Under the pieces are notes generated by a model, which was not told where the DNA came from, searched no databases, and saw only the letters and a list, made by a program, of their open reading frames with translations. A stretch of 64,000 nucleotides of DNA from assembly GCA_010093705.1 (NCBI GenBank), contig MU006112.1, forward strand, positions 1 to 64,000, written 5' to 3'. Positions 51,172 to 62,860 of this stretch are shown piece after piece. Made by a program: the position numbers and the translations under genes. Source of the DNA: Patellaria atrata CBS 101060. Taxonomy: Eukaryota. Position 1 is the stretch's first letter; the number at the start of each line of letters is the position of its first letter.

Positions 51172-51837
51172 TAACAAGACGAGACGGGTACCTTATTCTG
51201 GCTCGCGTGGCCGCCCTCATCTACGCGGCTCTATGTGCAGCTCTTCACAACTCAGACGGCGAGAGTTAACTAAATCTATGGGACGTCTGCGGAGCTAGAT
51301 TCTCTAATTCAGCGTGTGCGCTCGGTGTGAGAGCGCGCTTTGTGACCCTCCTTATTAATATCACTCCAAGCACTGTGCTAGCATTTTGTCACGATTATCA
51401 TCAGTCTTAAGTGCCACGATGGTCGAGATACCTGCAAATCTAAAAATCTCACCTCTACCCAGCTGTGAAACCATCCAACTCCCGAGAGCCGCCTGTAAAG
51501 AACCGAAAAGGAGAATATCCAAAGTCTCCCCGAGCTTCTTTGAAAGGAGACCCTATTCCTAACTGCACTAGCACGGGTTCCAACTCATTTACTATACTTC
51601 CTCTCATAGCCCGCGAATACCGTACTGGCCCGGATGGAGACCTTTTAGTTCCGACCCCATGCAGCCATGAAACCATCGAAGTTCTCGTGACAACCCTTAA
51701 TATAAGGAAAGTCACAGAAGTCCTCAAGAAGGTTTGTCCACAGTTGGGCGGACGCCGTTGGGAAGTCCCCGTTGTATCCAATCGAGCGTGGCTGATCACT
51801 CCATCGACCTGCACCTGGTTATCGATATGTAACCTAT

Positions 51838-52553
51838 TCACCCCTTAGTAGCCGTTGGCCGACACTTCTTCTGCCCATCCTTCTCCACGGTCCCAATAGT
51901 CCTAGCTTGCTCATCGCAATACTTCGCCATGAAGGTGTCTTTTTCCGAGAGACCGTGTGGGTTGTGTGTCGTCCAGTGTATATGCACGGAACCCGATTTC
52001 TGCATTAAAAGTCAGTTTCGATAGAGGAAAGATAGGACGTGGGCCCAGGGGTGCGGGGTTGCGGGATGAATAAGGTGATGCAGAAAGGAGGTACGGAGAC
52101 CAATATTACGTACGAGTAACATCTCGGAATGATGATTCTTAGCTTTACTCCTTATACCAATAGTTTGCGCAAAATCCTATCTCCTTATCAATATTCCATG
52201 CTTACACGACATTGTACTATACAAGTACACGCTTCTGAATAGAGATAGCATACCAAAACTTTAGTATAGGTCTTGAAATAGTATGTCTTCTCAATCCCTA
52301 TCCGGTCGTCTGAGAGCTTCCACTCTGCGTCTAGTAATGCCGATACTTCTTCAGCCATGGCGCTTTTGTCCGCTCCAGAGCTGAACTGAGGATTAGTGCT
52401 CGCCATTCTCGCGGAAAAGTAGGAGACCCGACTGGTAGGTGATTGTATACGGCGGATGGTAGGTAATTGTAAAGGTATACGGTGGATGATAGGTATCTGT
52501 ATACGGTGGAAGGGGGTGAAGAGGACGGTTGGAGGTGATTGCGGGATAGGCAT
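51838..52553 (-). CDS. Pterin-4-alpha-carbinolamine dehydratase (PCBD/PhhB family)
   Basis: The spliced product contains WKLSDDRIGIEKTYYFKTYTKVL|DFAQTIGIRSKAKNHHSEMLL|KSGSVHIHWTTHNPHGLSEKDTFMAKYCDEQA, with the NHH and WTTH..GLS..D motifs. The start could be 52553 or 52406. Confidence 0.88.
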
Positions 52554-52694
52554 GGAGGGTTGCTGGGACGGGGATGTTCAATGAGGGTTCGAAGATCGTG
52601 TTGAAGCGTTGAAGTCGGCTCATAGTTAATGATTCCCATTTCAGGTTAGTCACTAATCTGATCTAAGTTGAGCACATGCTCTTTTCCTCTGACA

Positions 52695-53312
52695 GAAACT
52701 GAACTTCCATCATCTAATCCAAAAATTCATACCGCACACCAATCTTCAAGATTTTCTATGAGCATTTATAGTTCACTAGTTAAGTTTATTCTATTCCTAG
52801 CCATTGAGTAGATAACCTAAAAGAATCATGTCCTTTCGAAGGTTTTCTTGCACGCCAAAATTTTGGACATCCATCCAGCTCGTGCTGGTGCACATTCCCT
52901 CGCGCGTTCTGAAACTGAACTTCTCTTACCATATTATTCCAAAAGTTAAAATCGAACACCAATCGTCAACATTCTTTATAAGCATCATAGATAACTAAAT
53001 AGAACGATCCTATCTCCAACCGTTGCGCAAATAACCCAAAAAAAAATCACGTCCTTTCGAAGCTGTTTTATATATGCCAAGATTTTGGATATCCGTCGGG
53101 CAGCTCCCCATCAACGCGCCTCCGCTGTCAGAAAACTGAACTTCCATCACCAAATCTCAAAATTTTCATATAGCACGTCAATCGTCGAGATTTTTCGTAA
53201 GGATCATAGATAACAATATAAAAAAATCCAATTCCCAACCATTAAGCAAATGGCCCCAAAAAAATCTCGTCCTTTTTAAACAAGTAAGGATTTTGGCCAA
53301 GATTTCAGATAT
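52695..53312 (-). repeat. Tandem array of 3 repeat units in inverted orientation relative to 50012-51171
   Basis: GAAACTGAACTTC starts at 52695, 52911 and 53131 (period about 216-220). Each is followed by CGCACACCAATCTTC-like, AAAAAAATCACGTCCTTTCGAAG-like and GCCAAGATTTTGGA-like blocks. Confidence 0.88.
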
Positions 53313-53447
53313 GGGTCACTCTGGTGATAGTAAGGTACGTCAGGTGTAATGCCCTTATCATAACCTCGAAAAAGATCATTATCATTAGTAGTGTATATGA
53401 GAGATTTACAGTATATTCCAGACGAAACGATGAGTTATGCCGGCCAT

Positions 53448-55403
53448 CTACACACCCAGAACGTAGACCACAACCACCGCCACAGCGCTCCATCCTTCCC
53501 TCACCCCTAGCTTGACCGCTGCACCAGATGTTGTAGCAGCTGCACCATCGCCCGTGCTCGTTGCGCTTTCTTCCATCTCTGTAGTTGTCGTAGGCTCTAC
53601 AGTTGAAGTAGCAACACTACTCGAGGTGGACGTGCGGCTTGATCTAGAGCTAGAGCTAGAGCTAGAGCTAGAGCTAGATGTGCTCTCCTCAACGTCATCC
53701 GGTCCATCGAAAAGCTCTTCCCCATCGCTCACTCTGGTCCACGCAAGCTCATCGCCGTCACCATTGACAGCTTTTGCCCGTATGTAATCCTCGAGGTCTA
53801 GTTCCTCAAGATCGATTGTGGTCTCGAAACCGGTCCGCCTTGCGGTCGTTACGTTCATCCACGTCGTGGCGTTAGAACTATCTGCAGTATACAGTACCCA
53901 TTCTTCAACGTCTGTGGCGCCGTTCCAGGAGAAATATGCCTTATTTCCATCCTTATTCCAGTGAATATCTGGGAGGGTGAGTGGGAGACCTTGCCACGGC
54001 AGCTTGTATGTGCGGTAGGAGTTTATAACGTTGCCGGTTGCGTATTGGACATCAAGGAGTATGTTTCCTTCAGAGTCACATTCCGTGAAGAATGGTTCAC
54101 TCCCATAGCCGACAATGAAGTTGGTATTTTCGTCACTTGGATCTACAGCTTGCAGACTTCCCTCGTATTGCCCGAATGTTTTCGCAGCGTTGGTGAAGTC
54201 GGTGATGAGACGGACGGTGCGCGCGTCTTGGTCCACATCAAGGAGCAGGCCTCGGGAATAGTCAACACCTTCAGTAGGACCGTTGTCAAAGAGTGTCATG
54301 CGGGTTTGCTCATCATTCAACCAGCGGGCATCGTGTTGAAAGGCGAATACAGCGGCATCTTCGACATCAAAATCTGATCTTCTACCGTTGAGACGCCAAA
54401 GAATCGTCCCGTCCGGACCGGAGATCTTGAAGATACAGCTCATTACACGTGCGGACACAAGATAGTCGCCATTTTGATCCTTTGCAATAGAATTGATGTG
54501 AAAGTAGTCAAATGGAGCTTCTTCCGAACCGCCGGAACCGGAGAGAGTATTATATGTTTCATTAATTAGGACGTGGTTTGTAGCATTCCATTCGAAGATG
54601 AGTTCCTAGATGATTTAGCCTATCCGTTGATACTATGTTGGTCATTTTCTCTCGTGTAACATACCCCTGTTGCAATATCAACCTCCTGGAACATGCTGTC
54701 CAATACCCAACCATCGGAAGGACCACCGACACTCGATAGATCGTATTGCTTCGGAATGTAAAGTGGAAAGAGAGCGGTATCATCCTGTGTAATCGTAAAT
54801 TCATGAAAGTCGGCTAGGCCAGGAAACCGGGGAGCGGAGACACGTGCTATTTCAACGTAAGACTGATTTAGTATCAGGAACGATCCGTGTCCATAACCTG
54901 GTGAACTTTTAGCTTCCTCTCGTGGACCTTGATTAATATAACTCACCAGAGATGAAATCCCCTTGCCAAAATGTTATGACCGGCTCCCCTTGATATGTCT
55001 GGGCTCTGAAATCGAATGTCTCGGTGTAGTCCGCCGTCCAAACAAGGCTGCCCATTCGTTCCGGCGACATATCTACGGATGGTAAGAAACATCAGGTCGT
55101 GGAAGGTATTTCTTTGATCAGTTGAGTAGACTAACCTACAATGACTGGAAAGTTTTGTTGTGAGGACGGTTGTCCATCTATGCCGAGGAAGTATAAGCCA
55201 TCCGCGAGGCCGGACTGGTTTGAGTTGATCTGAAATATAGGAGGTTTCGCCTGGGTATTTGACTTGTAAGTTTGAAATGGAGTTCCTACTGAATCTGCGC
55301 TGCTATAGCTATCATAGTCGGTTGAAACCGTATCTTGAGCTCCTGCGATGTTCAACGAAAGGTGTAGGCTAGCTACCAGCAGCCATAACGACGGTAATCG
55401 CAT
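53448..55403 (-). CDS. Secreted, probably GPI-anchored arylsulfotransferase (ASST family)
   Basis: Signal peptide MRLPSLWLLVASLHLSLNIAGA. Motifs DFHEF, FDYFHINSIAKD, AFQHDARW, LFDNG, SYRTYKLPW, SWNGAT and RTGFET. Ser/Thr-rich stalk and hydrophobic C-terminus. Three introns. Confidence 0.88.
53643..53678. repeat. (CTAGAG)n hexanucleotide microsatellite encoding poly-Ser in the ASST stalk
   Basis: tctagagctagagctagagctagagctagagctaga. Confidence 0.9.
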
Positions 55404-56424
55404 TTGAAAGTGATAGAGAGGACTGAAGCTCAGTTCCAAATAAATGGAAAGTATAACAATGAAAGATAGACCTTGACAGACACTCAAAGGCAAGGAAACA
55501 ATATTATTCGAAAATTGGACTGAAGGGAAGCTATCCCTACCTATGTACCTACGAGCTTATTGGAGTACCTTTTGGTGCCTTTTGTAGGTAGCTTGCTTAA
55601 GCAGCTACGCGTCAACAAGGTTCTAGGCATATTTCAAAAGCAGAAGAACTTTACATCACCTGCATCAAAACCATGGTTCAAACGGGAATGCGGCATACTA
55701 AGTTGGTGAGATAAATGATACCCAGGTATTGAGGATTGGCTACTTGAATGACTGTGTCCAGCCATGGAATAAGTTGACGTCGGGCCAAGCATAGTGGCTT
55801 ACCATACTATCGAGGGTTGGAATGCGGGTGTGGATCAGCTCGTCAAGAACCAAGATCCTTAATAAGGTACCTAGCTTGCATCTGGAAAGACATGGGGAAC
55901 AGGATGATACACCTCCCGGATGCGGGAAATTGTAAATGGAAATGAGAACGTGGGAGTGTCGACCGTTTCTGTTCGATGATAACCTGGTTGCTCAAGGCCT
56001 TGAAGTTTCTTATCAAACTCTCAGCCTCTCAGCTTCCCCGCTTCCGTCTCGTCTAACTGAAAGACAGCTCACGCCACACTTCCAATAATGTGCGCTCGTA
56101 AGGTAGGTATACAGTAGTTTTTGGACGGAACATTTTTAGGAAGCGCTCTTATTTTGGCAATATTCAAGAAGCTGTAGATATCGGTGATCAGGGTAGAATT
56201 GGAATCATTTGTTGGAAGCTATATATACAGATGGATGAGGCGCTTCTCGAGCAGGCTTGGATCCAATGTTAACACACCATCTTTTCGTCGATCTGGTGAT
56301 ATTCAATAACTGACTGCTCGACCTTTGATACTGCGCCGGATCCCTTATCGTACAACCATAAGGTATACGCCTGTAACGTAAATGATACAAAAGAAAATCC
56401 GATGCTTCGAAAGGTAAGCGGAAG

Positions 56425-57657
56425 TCATGACTTGCTCTCTTTCTCCGCTTTATTAGCTAGGTCTTTTGCAGCCTCGCTCTTCTTCGATAGAACTTGTTGA
56501 ATCTCGTTCACGGTATCCTTCAAAAGCTTCTCAGCATCCTTTCCATGCTTCTGAGCCACTTCCGACAGCTGATTCAACTTAGGGAGGATCTCGCTCGCCC
56601 CGGGAATTTGTTTGAAGTATCCCTCAAGACCCTGAAGACCCGAACCGCTTGTCGCTTTCGAAGCTTTGTCCTTCGCCTTGTTGACGTAGGACTCAAGATC
56701 AGACATATCCCCAGACTCTGCAGCCTGCTTAGTCTTTTCAACAAGCTCCCCGACATTTCCGTTCTTCAGTGTATCGGCGTTCTTCTCGACTAGCTTTTTG
56801 ACCTGAGGATTTTTGTCGAGGTATGGCTTTGCTTTTTCCATACCCTTCTTCCATGCCTCATCACCTAGCTTTCTGAGTTCTTCAACCTTCTCTTCCAGCA
56901 GTTTCTTTGCCTTCGCGATGTTCTCCGCACTCAACCCGCCTTTGACGATATCCGCTACTTGATTCCAGGTTTCATCGACCTGTTTCTTGATCTCCGGTCC
57001 ATAGTTGTCACTCATCTCCTTCAATTGGTCGACACTGCCTCCAAATTGTTGTTTTAACTGAGGGTGATTGTCCAATATTTGTGCCGCAGCATCACCGGCC
57101 AGATCACCAATACGCGACATGTGTTTCTGAAACACGACCCAGGCTTGGCCTGCCGTCTGCCAGTTCAGTCCCTTCTTTGTGACATCTCTCAGTTCATCGT
57201 ATGCTTCGCTCACGATCCTGTCCACTTCCTCACCGTGTTTCTCCCTTATAACATCGAGGTCACGGAATACAGCATCAACGACACCACTTGCGCCTGGTAT
57301 AAAGGCAGCATATGTCTTCGCTGTATGCTTGAGCCAGTCAAGGGCCGCATTCGGCTCCGGAGTAGTTTCTTTGAGCTTTTGCGTTGTCTGGTTGAAGTAT
57401 GATTTCACTGCATTGCTCGTTTGAACGAGCTGCTTGGCTCCCGAGAAGTGGTAGTATCCGTAGCCTAGACCAAAAGTGACAACACTGCCCGTAATAGCAC
57501 CGACAAGCGCTGGGTGAAAGGACTGCGGTTGGTCTGGTCCGGCGGTATTGGATTGGTAACGGTATTGCTTTCGTGGGAGACGAATTGCATGTCGTGGAAT
57601 TGCAGTACGGGGAACGGCCGTCCGTGAGGCCCGCAACATCGCTTGTGAAGAAAGCAT
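56425..57657 (-). CDS. Mitochondria-targeted single-TM protein with apolipophorin/LEA-like amphipathic helical repeats
   Basis: 410-aa intronless ORF. It has an Arg-rich presequence, a TM segment (ALVGAITGSVVTFGLGYGYYHF) and a K/E/A-rich helical body. Confidence 0.7.
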   Translation of the reverse strand: MLSSQAMLRASRTAVPRTAIPRHAIRLPRKQYRYQSNTAGPDQPQSFHPALVGAITGSVVTFGLGYGYYHFSGAKQLVQTSNAVKSYFNQTTQKLKETTPEPNAALDWLKHTAKTYAAFIPGASGVVDAVFRDLDVIREKHGEEVDRIVSEAYDELRDVTKKGLNWQTAGQAWVVFQKHMSRIGDLAGDAAAQILDNHPQLKQQFGGSVDQLKEMSDNYGPEIKKQVDETWNQVADIVKGGLSAENIAKAKKLLEEKVEELRKLGDEAWKKGMEKAKPYLDKNPQVKKLVEKNADTLKNGNVGELVEKTKQAAESGDMSDLESYVNKAKDKASKATSGSGLQGLEGYFKQIPGASEILPKLNQLSEVAQKHGKDAEKLLKDTVNEIQQVLSKKSEAAKDLANKAEKESKS

Positions 57658-58237
57658 GGGTACTAATAGAGGATCGAGGTCTCTATTATTTGATAAGAGG
57701 AGGAGGATCTGATAGTAGGAGATTTATGATCGAAAGAACTGCAGCAATGATGAAGGTGTGAGGTTTGAGGCTGATTGATTGAAATGTTTTGGATTGGGCA
57801 ATTAGCAAACTTTATAGTTGCCCAAGCACGCCAGGTAGTTGTATTTGTGTTTACAATGACGTTGTGTGATGCAATAATCTGTGACACAGAAGGCAAAAAG
57901 GAGCTGGAGGCCCATTGAATTCTCGTGGCTAAAATATGACTTAATGACGCGCCTGATCCTAGCTCCGGATATAGACGCGATAGACGCTCTTACCGCCCTA
58001 CTAAAGACGTAGATTCAATACATGTATCTAGAAAGCCCACTGCACTGTACTTTACTAAGTTAATAGCGTTAATACTAGCCATGCACATTGATACTGATAT
58101 AGAATAAGAATAGTGAGTCTGATAGTACATCTTTCCTCAGAATGACGATAAGAATAACACCCCAATGTGTGAACCCGTGAACGAATTTTCTTACGTGCTT
58201 TCTGCGGTGGAGACCTTACATGAATGCAGAATGACGA

Positions 58238-59819
58238 TCAGTCCCTCTTTCTTCTACTCTGTACATCTTCGCTTCTCGAAGGACTACTACTACTAGCCCC
58301 ATCAACGTTAGGATCGTAGTCTTCATTCTCTCGGATCGGAACAGCCGTGGGATTCGCCTCTTTAAGAGCCCCTTTCGCTGTTTCTCCAACTTGTAGTTCG
58401 TCCGACTCATCATCCTCGCTGTCACTATCCTCACTCATTCGTAGTCTTCTTCTCTCCTCATGCTCCTCCTCACCACTGAGATCCTCGTGACCTTCCCCGC
58501 CAGCTGGATCTTTGATAAAGCTATCGATGATATAGTATTGCATGGCATTCATAACCAATGGGAATATAAACATCACAAATGTGATCTGGATAGCTTCGTT
58601 GCCCTCGGTCCAGCGGAGTGCCCAGTCCCCAACCCAGGCAATCCAAGGTAGCAGGGCGAAAAGGAGGAAGACACATAGTTTCATACCGAAGAGGCCAATG
58701 AAGTAAATAAGACATTGTTTCAGCCACCAGGTGTAACGGGGAGGTCGACCGTAATTACCGGACCTGATAGACTCGGGCGGAGTAGCTAGTGGCGTATAGG
58801 AGAAACCAACGTGTAGGAGGCGGAGGAGTATGACGAGGATAGGGATACCGATAGTCGTCTATGCGATGTAAGTTTGCGGTGACTGCTAATTGTACTTATA
58901 GGTCGGCTTACATCAATGAAAATATTAAGTAAATAAAATGAACAAGGATTAGGTTGACGACCGTCTTGAGCTTGCGCATGGGTTGCTGCATCCTTGGCGC
59001 TTGCAGCAATGTCCAGACTACCAGATGAAAGCATGGACATGAAGAGATTCGCAACATGCAGTAAGACAGAACCAACAACTTGTTTAGAAACGTCAAATGA
59101 CCAGACTTTCACCGGTCTACGCGGCCTTTCACGCCAGCGCTTCCATACCAACGATAGGACGGCCAAGCCACCTAAAGCTGCTTGAACGAGAAGTGCGAAG
59201 TTTCCAAGAAGTCGACAATCGTTATCCGTTTCAAAAATGGATGCTTTATTGGGCTGTGAACTGCTCGACGCAGAAGTGGAGATCGAGTTGGTAATCGATG
59301 TCAAGGTCGCGCTTGGTCTCGCCGTCAAGACAGCTTCTAGATCTACTCCTTTGATGCCCATAAGTTTTGTCTCAAATACTAGCATAATATAGTCAGTCTT
59401 CATGCTTCTCTCGCCCATTTTCAGTTGATCTCCGACCTACTTAATGTGCTATCAGGGGGTATAGAGCCCATATCTTGACTGCCATATCCCATCTCAGGCG
59501 GTATTGTCAACTTTCTCTCCTCGCCTATACACATATCGAGAAGTCCATGATCCCAGCCCGCTATCACCTCGCCCTCACCAAGGTGGAACGTGAACGGACT
59601 TCCCCGCTTGTAACTCTCGTCAAATTCACTACCATCACTCTCTAACGTCCCACGATAATGCACTGATATTTCATCCCCCCTTTGAGTTTTTCTTGTGCAA
59701 TCAACTGGGTATATTACTTCAATACCGACTTCGGCCAGGCAGGTGGGGAGTAGTGTGGACAGTAGAACGGAGAAGAGTGCATATCTCGGAATGGCAGGCA
59801 TAGCTGAGGGGAGCCGCAT
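58238..59819 (-). CDS. Fusion protein: signal peptide, FKBP-type PPIase (FKBP2/Fpr2-like) and STIMATE/DUF3661 multi-pass membrane domain (488 aa)
   Basis: Exons 59819-59441, 59378-58912 and 58858-58238 join in frame. FKBP motifs [53 protein letters not shown] are followed by [12 protein letters not shown]...[21 protein letters not shown]...[17 protein letters not shown]...SGNYG.PP...WLKQ...[18 protein letters not shown]. Confidence 0.85.
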
Positions 59820-61203
59820 GGGCGGCAGGTAAGATCTGGTGGCTAGGTTCTTGAGTATATCATCCAGCTTCTGGAGACGTCGAGTATTGAGGCCCTGATC
59901 GTTTGAGGGATCACCCGAGCAAAGGAAGTTGTAGGTGGCGTTAAGACGGGGGCCTAGGACAATCACAGGCTAGAAAGCATGGAGGGATATAGGTAGACGA
60001 GCTCCTTGACAGGATATTTATCAACAGCGTATGTAAGTCAGAAATAAATGTACAGAATACTGAAAACAAAGATAAAGATATCACAGATCTAGATTCAACT
60101 TGAACTGACAGGAGTTGAGGAGCGCTTGACAGGCGGAGGCGCTTGTCCAAATCCGCATTGGCCGCGGTTGGCATTCTTTATCTGAACCACTCCACCAGGG
60201 TTTCGGCCTCCAACCGTCAAACGGTTTGGACTTGCTGCCGGTGATGGAACCTCGGAATATAAGTCAGCAGACTCCTCAAATACAACTCTGTGGGCGATGA
60301 GACAATTAGTTCTAATTCATTCAGACGAGTAGTGTAAAAGCTATGGAGATCAAATCGAGCACCTTTACAATTAGAATTCCACAGGGAAAGATAACTAGAC
60401 CAACTAGGCAATTCCTCTCACTTTTCGTCGAACGCAGCAACAATCTTACATCCCACATACGACCGTTTCTCTTACGCATTCGTACCACGAGCCTCTAGGC
60501 ATGTCCCCACGTGGTAATTTACCGTACAGTAAACCCAGAGAGAACTCCCGCAATTGTTGGAAATAATGTGTTGCCCCAGTCATGCTCGATTTCCATGTAT
60601 TGTACGGTACAGAGTGAACCAAATCTTCATTTACTGAGTGAACAAGGTATCTCTGAGGACGGGGTTTGCGAGGTCTTATAAAAGTTTGCCAGAAATAAAG
60701 TATGCTCTTGGGTTTGAATGTAAAAAAAAAAAAAGAAAAAAAAAAAGTACAGTACTGTACTGTACCGAGGCTTAAAGTTTCTTACCTCAGTGTTCAAAGT
60801 TCTAGAAAGGTTAGAAAACGGTCAAAAATCAAAAATCGGGTCGATGGACGCATAATGACGGCATTTCGAACATTTTATTTCCCGTTCCCGTTACTCGTTG
60901 TCACCTTAGTTCCGTTGTCACAGATTCCCGGCGGCAGGTACACGACTACTGTACGGTACCTTAAACTGCATCGGCTCAGGGAACAAGCAAGAAAGTAAAA
61001 CAGGTCCAACTTCCTCTAATTCCGACAGTTCCATTTGCACTGTCTACCGCCATCTCCTACTAAACCTATAATTCTTACCTTCTCTCTCGCAATATTTTAG
61101 ATAACGTGTCATTGGTTTTCCTCTTTTTCTTTTCGGAGTTAGTCTAATTGGTTTTGTGACCCGGAAGACCAAGCTCACCAAGCAATTGCTCCCTTGTCCC
61201 AAG

Positions 61204-62860
61204 ATGCTCCCACGATGGGCGATCCTAACAGCAGCAGCCCTTACAGCCTCCACCTACGGCTCTGCTTTGCCTACTGCTGCACCCGTACCCGATAAAGTTT
61301 ACAATGCGCATCCTGCTTTGATTACGCCTTCATTGGTGCAGCGATATCCGACCAAGACTTACAAGCACCGTAGAGACATAATAGATGATATCAGGGGACG
61401 CGTGGACGAAGTCCTCTCAGACTTGGGAGACCTTCCCTCCTATGTTGCTTCAGGTCCGCCCTATATTTTCTAAATGTTAAGCTTACCATCATGACTAATG
61501 AGTTACAGGTGTTGCAAACTTCTTTCAAGACTTTCCAGTTGGAGAAGATGTCCAAAGCTCTCTGAGAATCGATGACGACCAAGTCAGTGCCCTACCCACC
61601 AACGTCCTTAACCTACCACCATATGGAAACTGGACAGATCAAGGGTGGAATGTTCGCTTTCACGGGAACGTCTACAAACAACCGAATATTTCTCGTGAAA
61701 AGTTGGACGATCTAGCAAACATATTCCTAATAGACGTCGACATCGATGAGCTCAGGCCATCGGAGCAGGACCAAGCTCGCAATCTGACATCCGGCATATT
61801 TGTCATACAACAAGGAGATGTCAACGTTACCCTTCATCTTGAGCCTGCTCCTAGTGCTGGATCTGATGGTGAAGAAGGAGGCGGAGGTGCGGTTACCGCA
61901 CCTGGAGGGTCTCAGAACCTTACTCTGCCATATGCAACAACAGACCAGGGCGATTTTGACGTGTTTTTGCCAATTGAAAGCAATGGATTGGAAGCCGGAA
62001 ATGCGACACAAAACATTCAAAGACTCAATGTGTAGGTTCAATATTTTGAGAATCTCTCAATGATTACTGACTTCTTCAGCTATGCCAACGGCAGTGACCT
62101 CGGAAATGCAACAGCATACTTAGTGCCTCCGACGGGCTTCACCATAATTTCCGACATCGATGACATCCTTCGAGTCACCAAAATATACCAACCTAAAGAG
62201 GGCCTCCTCAACTCCTTTGCCCGCCCTTTTACCCCCTGGATGAACATGCCGTTCTACTATGCCAACTGGTCCCGTAGCATTCCCGACTTCCACTTCCACT
62301 ACTTAACCACCACTCCTGAACAGGTTACCCGCAATTACATGGACTTCATCTTCAATCACTATCCAGGTGGTTCCTTCGATACGCGACCGCTCAACTTTAG
62401 CGACATCAGCGCTACCCTCTCCATCCGCAGGTTTCTCTTGGACAAGATCTTTCAGACCTTCCCCCAGCGCAAGTTCATCCTCGTAGCTGATACCAGCAAT
62501 AGCGATGTCATGAAGGCGTATCCCGCCCTTGCTCACGACTACCCGAATCAGGTCCAATGCATCTTCCTGCGCAACACGTCCGCCACGGACGAGGAAGACA
62601 AGTTCCCTTACGATACGACAGGTTTCAAGAACCTGAATCAGCAGACGTACATGTTCTTCAGGACACCGGATGATCTGGCCAATTTGGATATCGTAGGAGG
62701 CCATTGTCTGAATGCTAGTGTGCAGCAGAATGTGACATTTGGTTTACAGGATGAGGTACTAGGAATCCATGGGGGCGAGGATGCAGCAACTTTCTTGGGA
62801 GTCAATGGGTGGTTTACCACGGCTGTCGCGGCTGCGGTTGGGATTTGGTTGGTCTTGTAA
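61204..62860 (+). CDS. App1-like (DUF2183) HAD phosphatase with signal peptide and C-terminal hydrophobic (GPI-like) tail
   Basis: Signal peptide MLPRWAILTAAALTASTYG, IISDIDDILRVT, FHYLTTTP and IFQTFPQRKFILVADTSNSD...YPNQVQCIFLRN. Introns at about 61454-61509 and 62031-62080. Confidence 0.8.

Noticed and set aside
50012..53312. Repeat arrays as a CRISPR array
   Set aside because: The context is eukaryotic, the units are 150-200 bp and highly diverged, and there are no cas genes.
60456..60465. ACATACGACC resembling the 5' end of fungal 5S rRNA
   Set aside because: Only about 10 nt match, and the downstream sequence lacks the 5S internal boxes.
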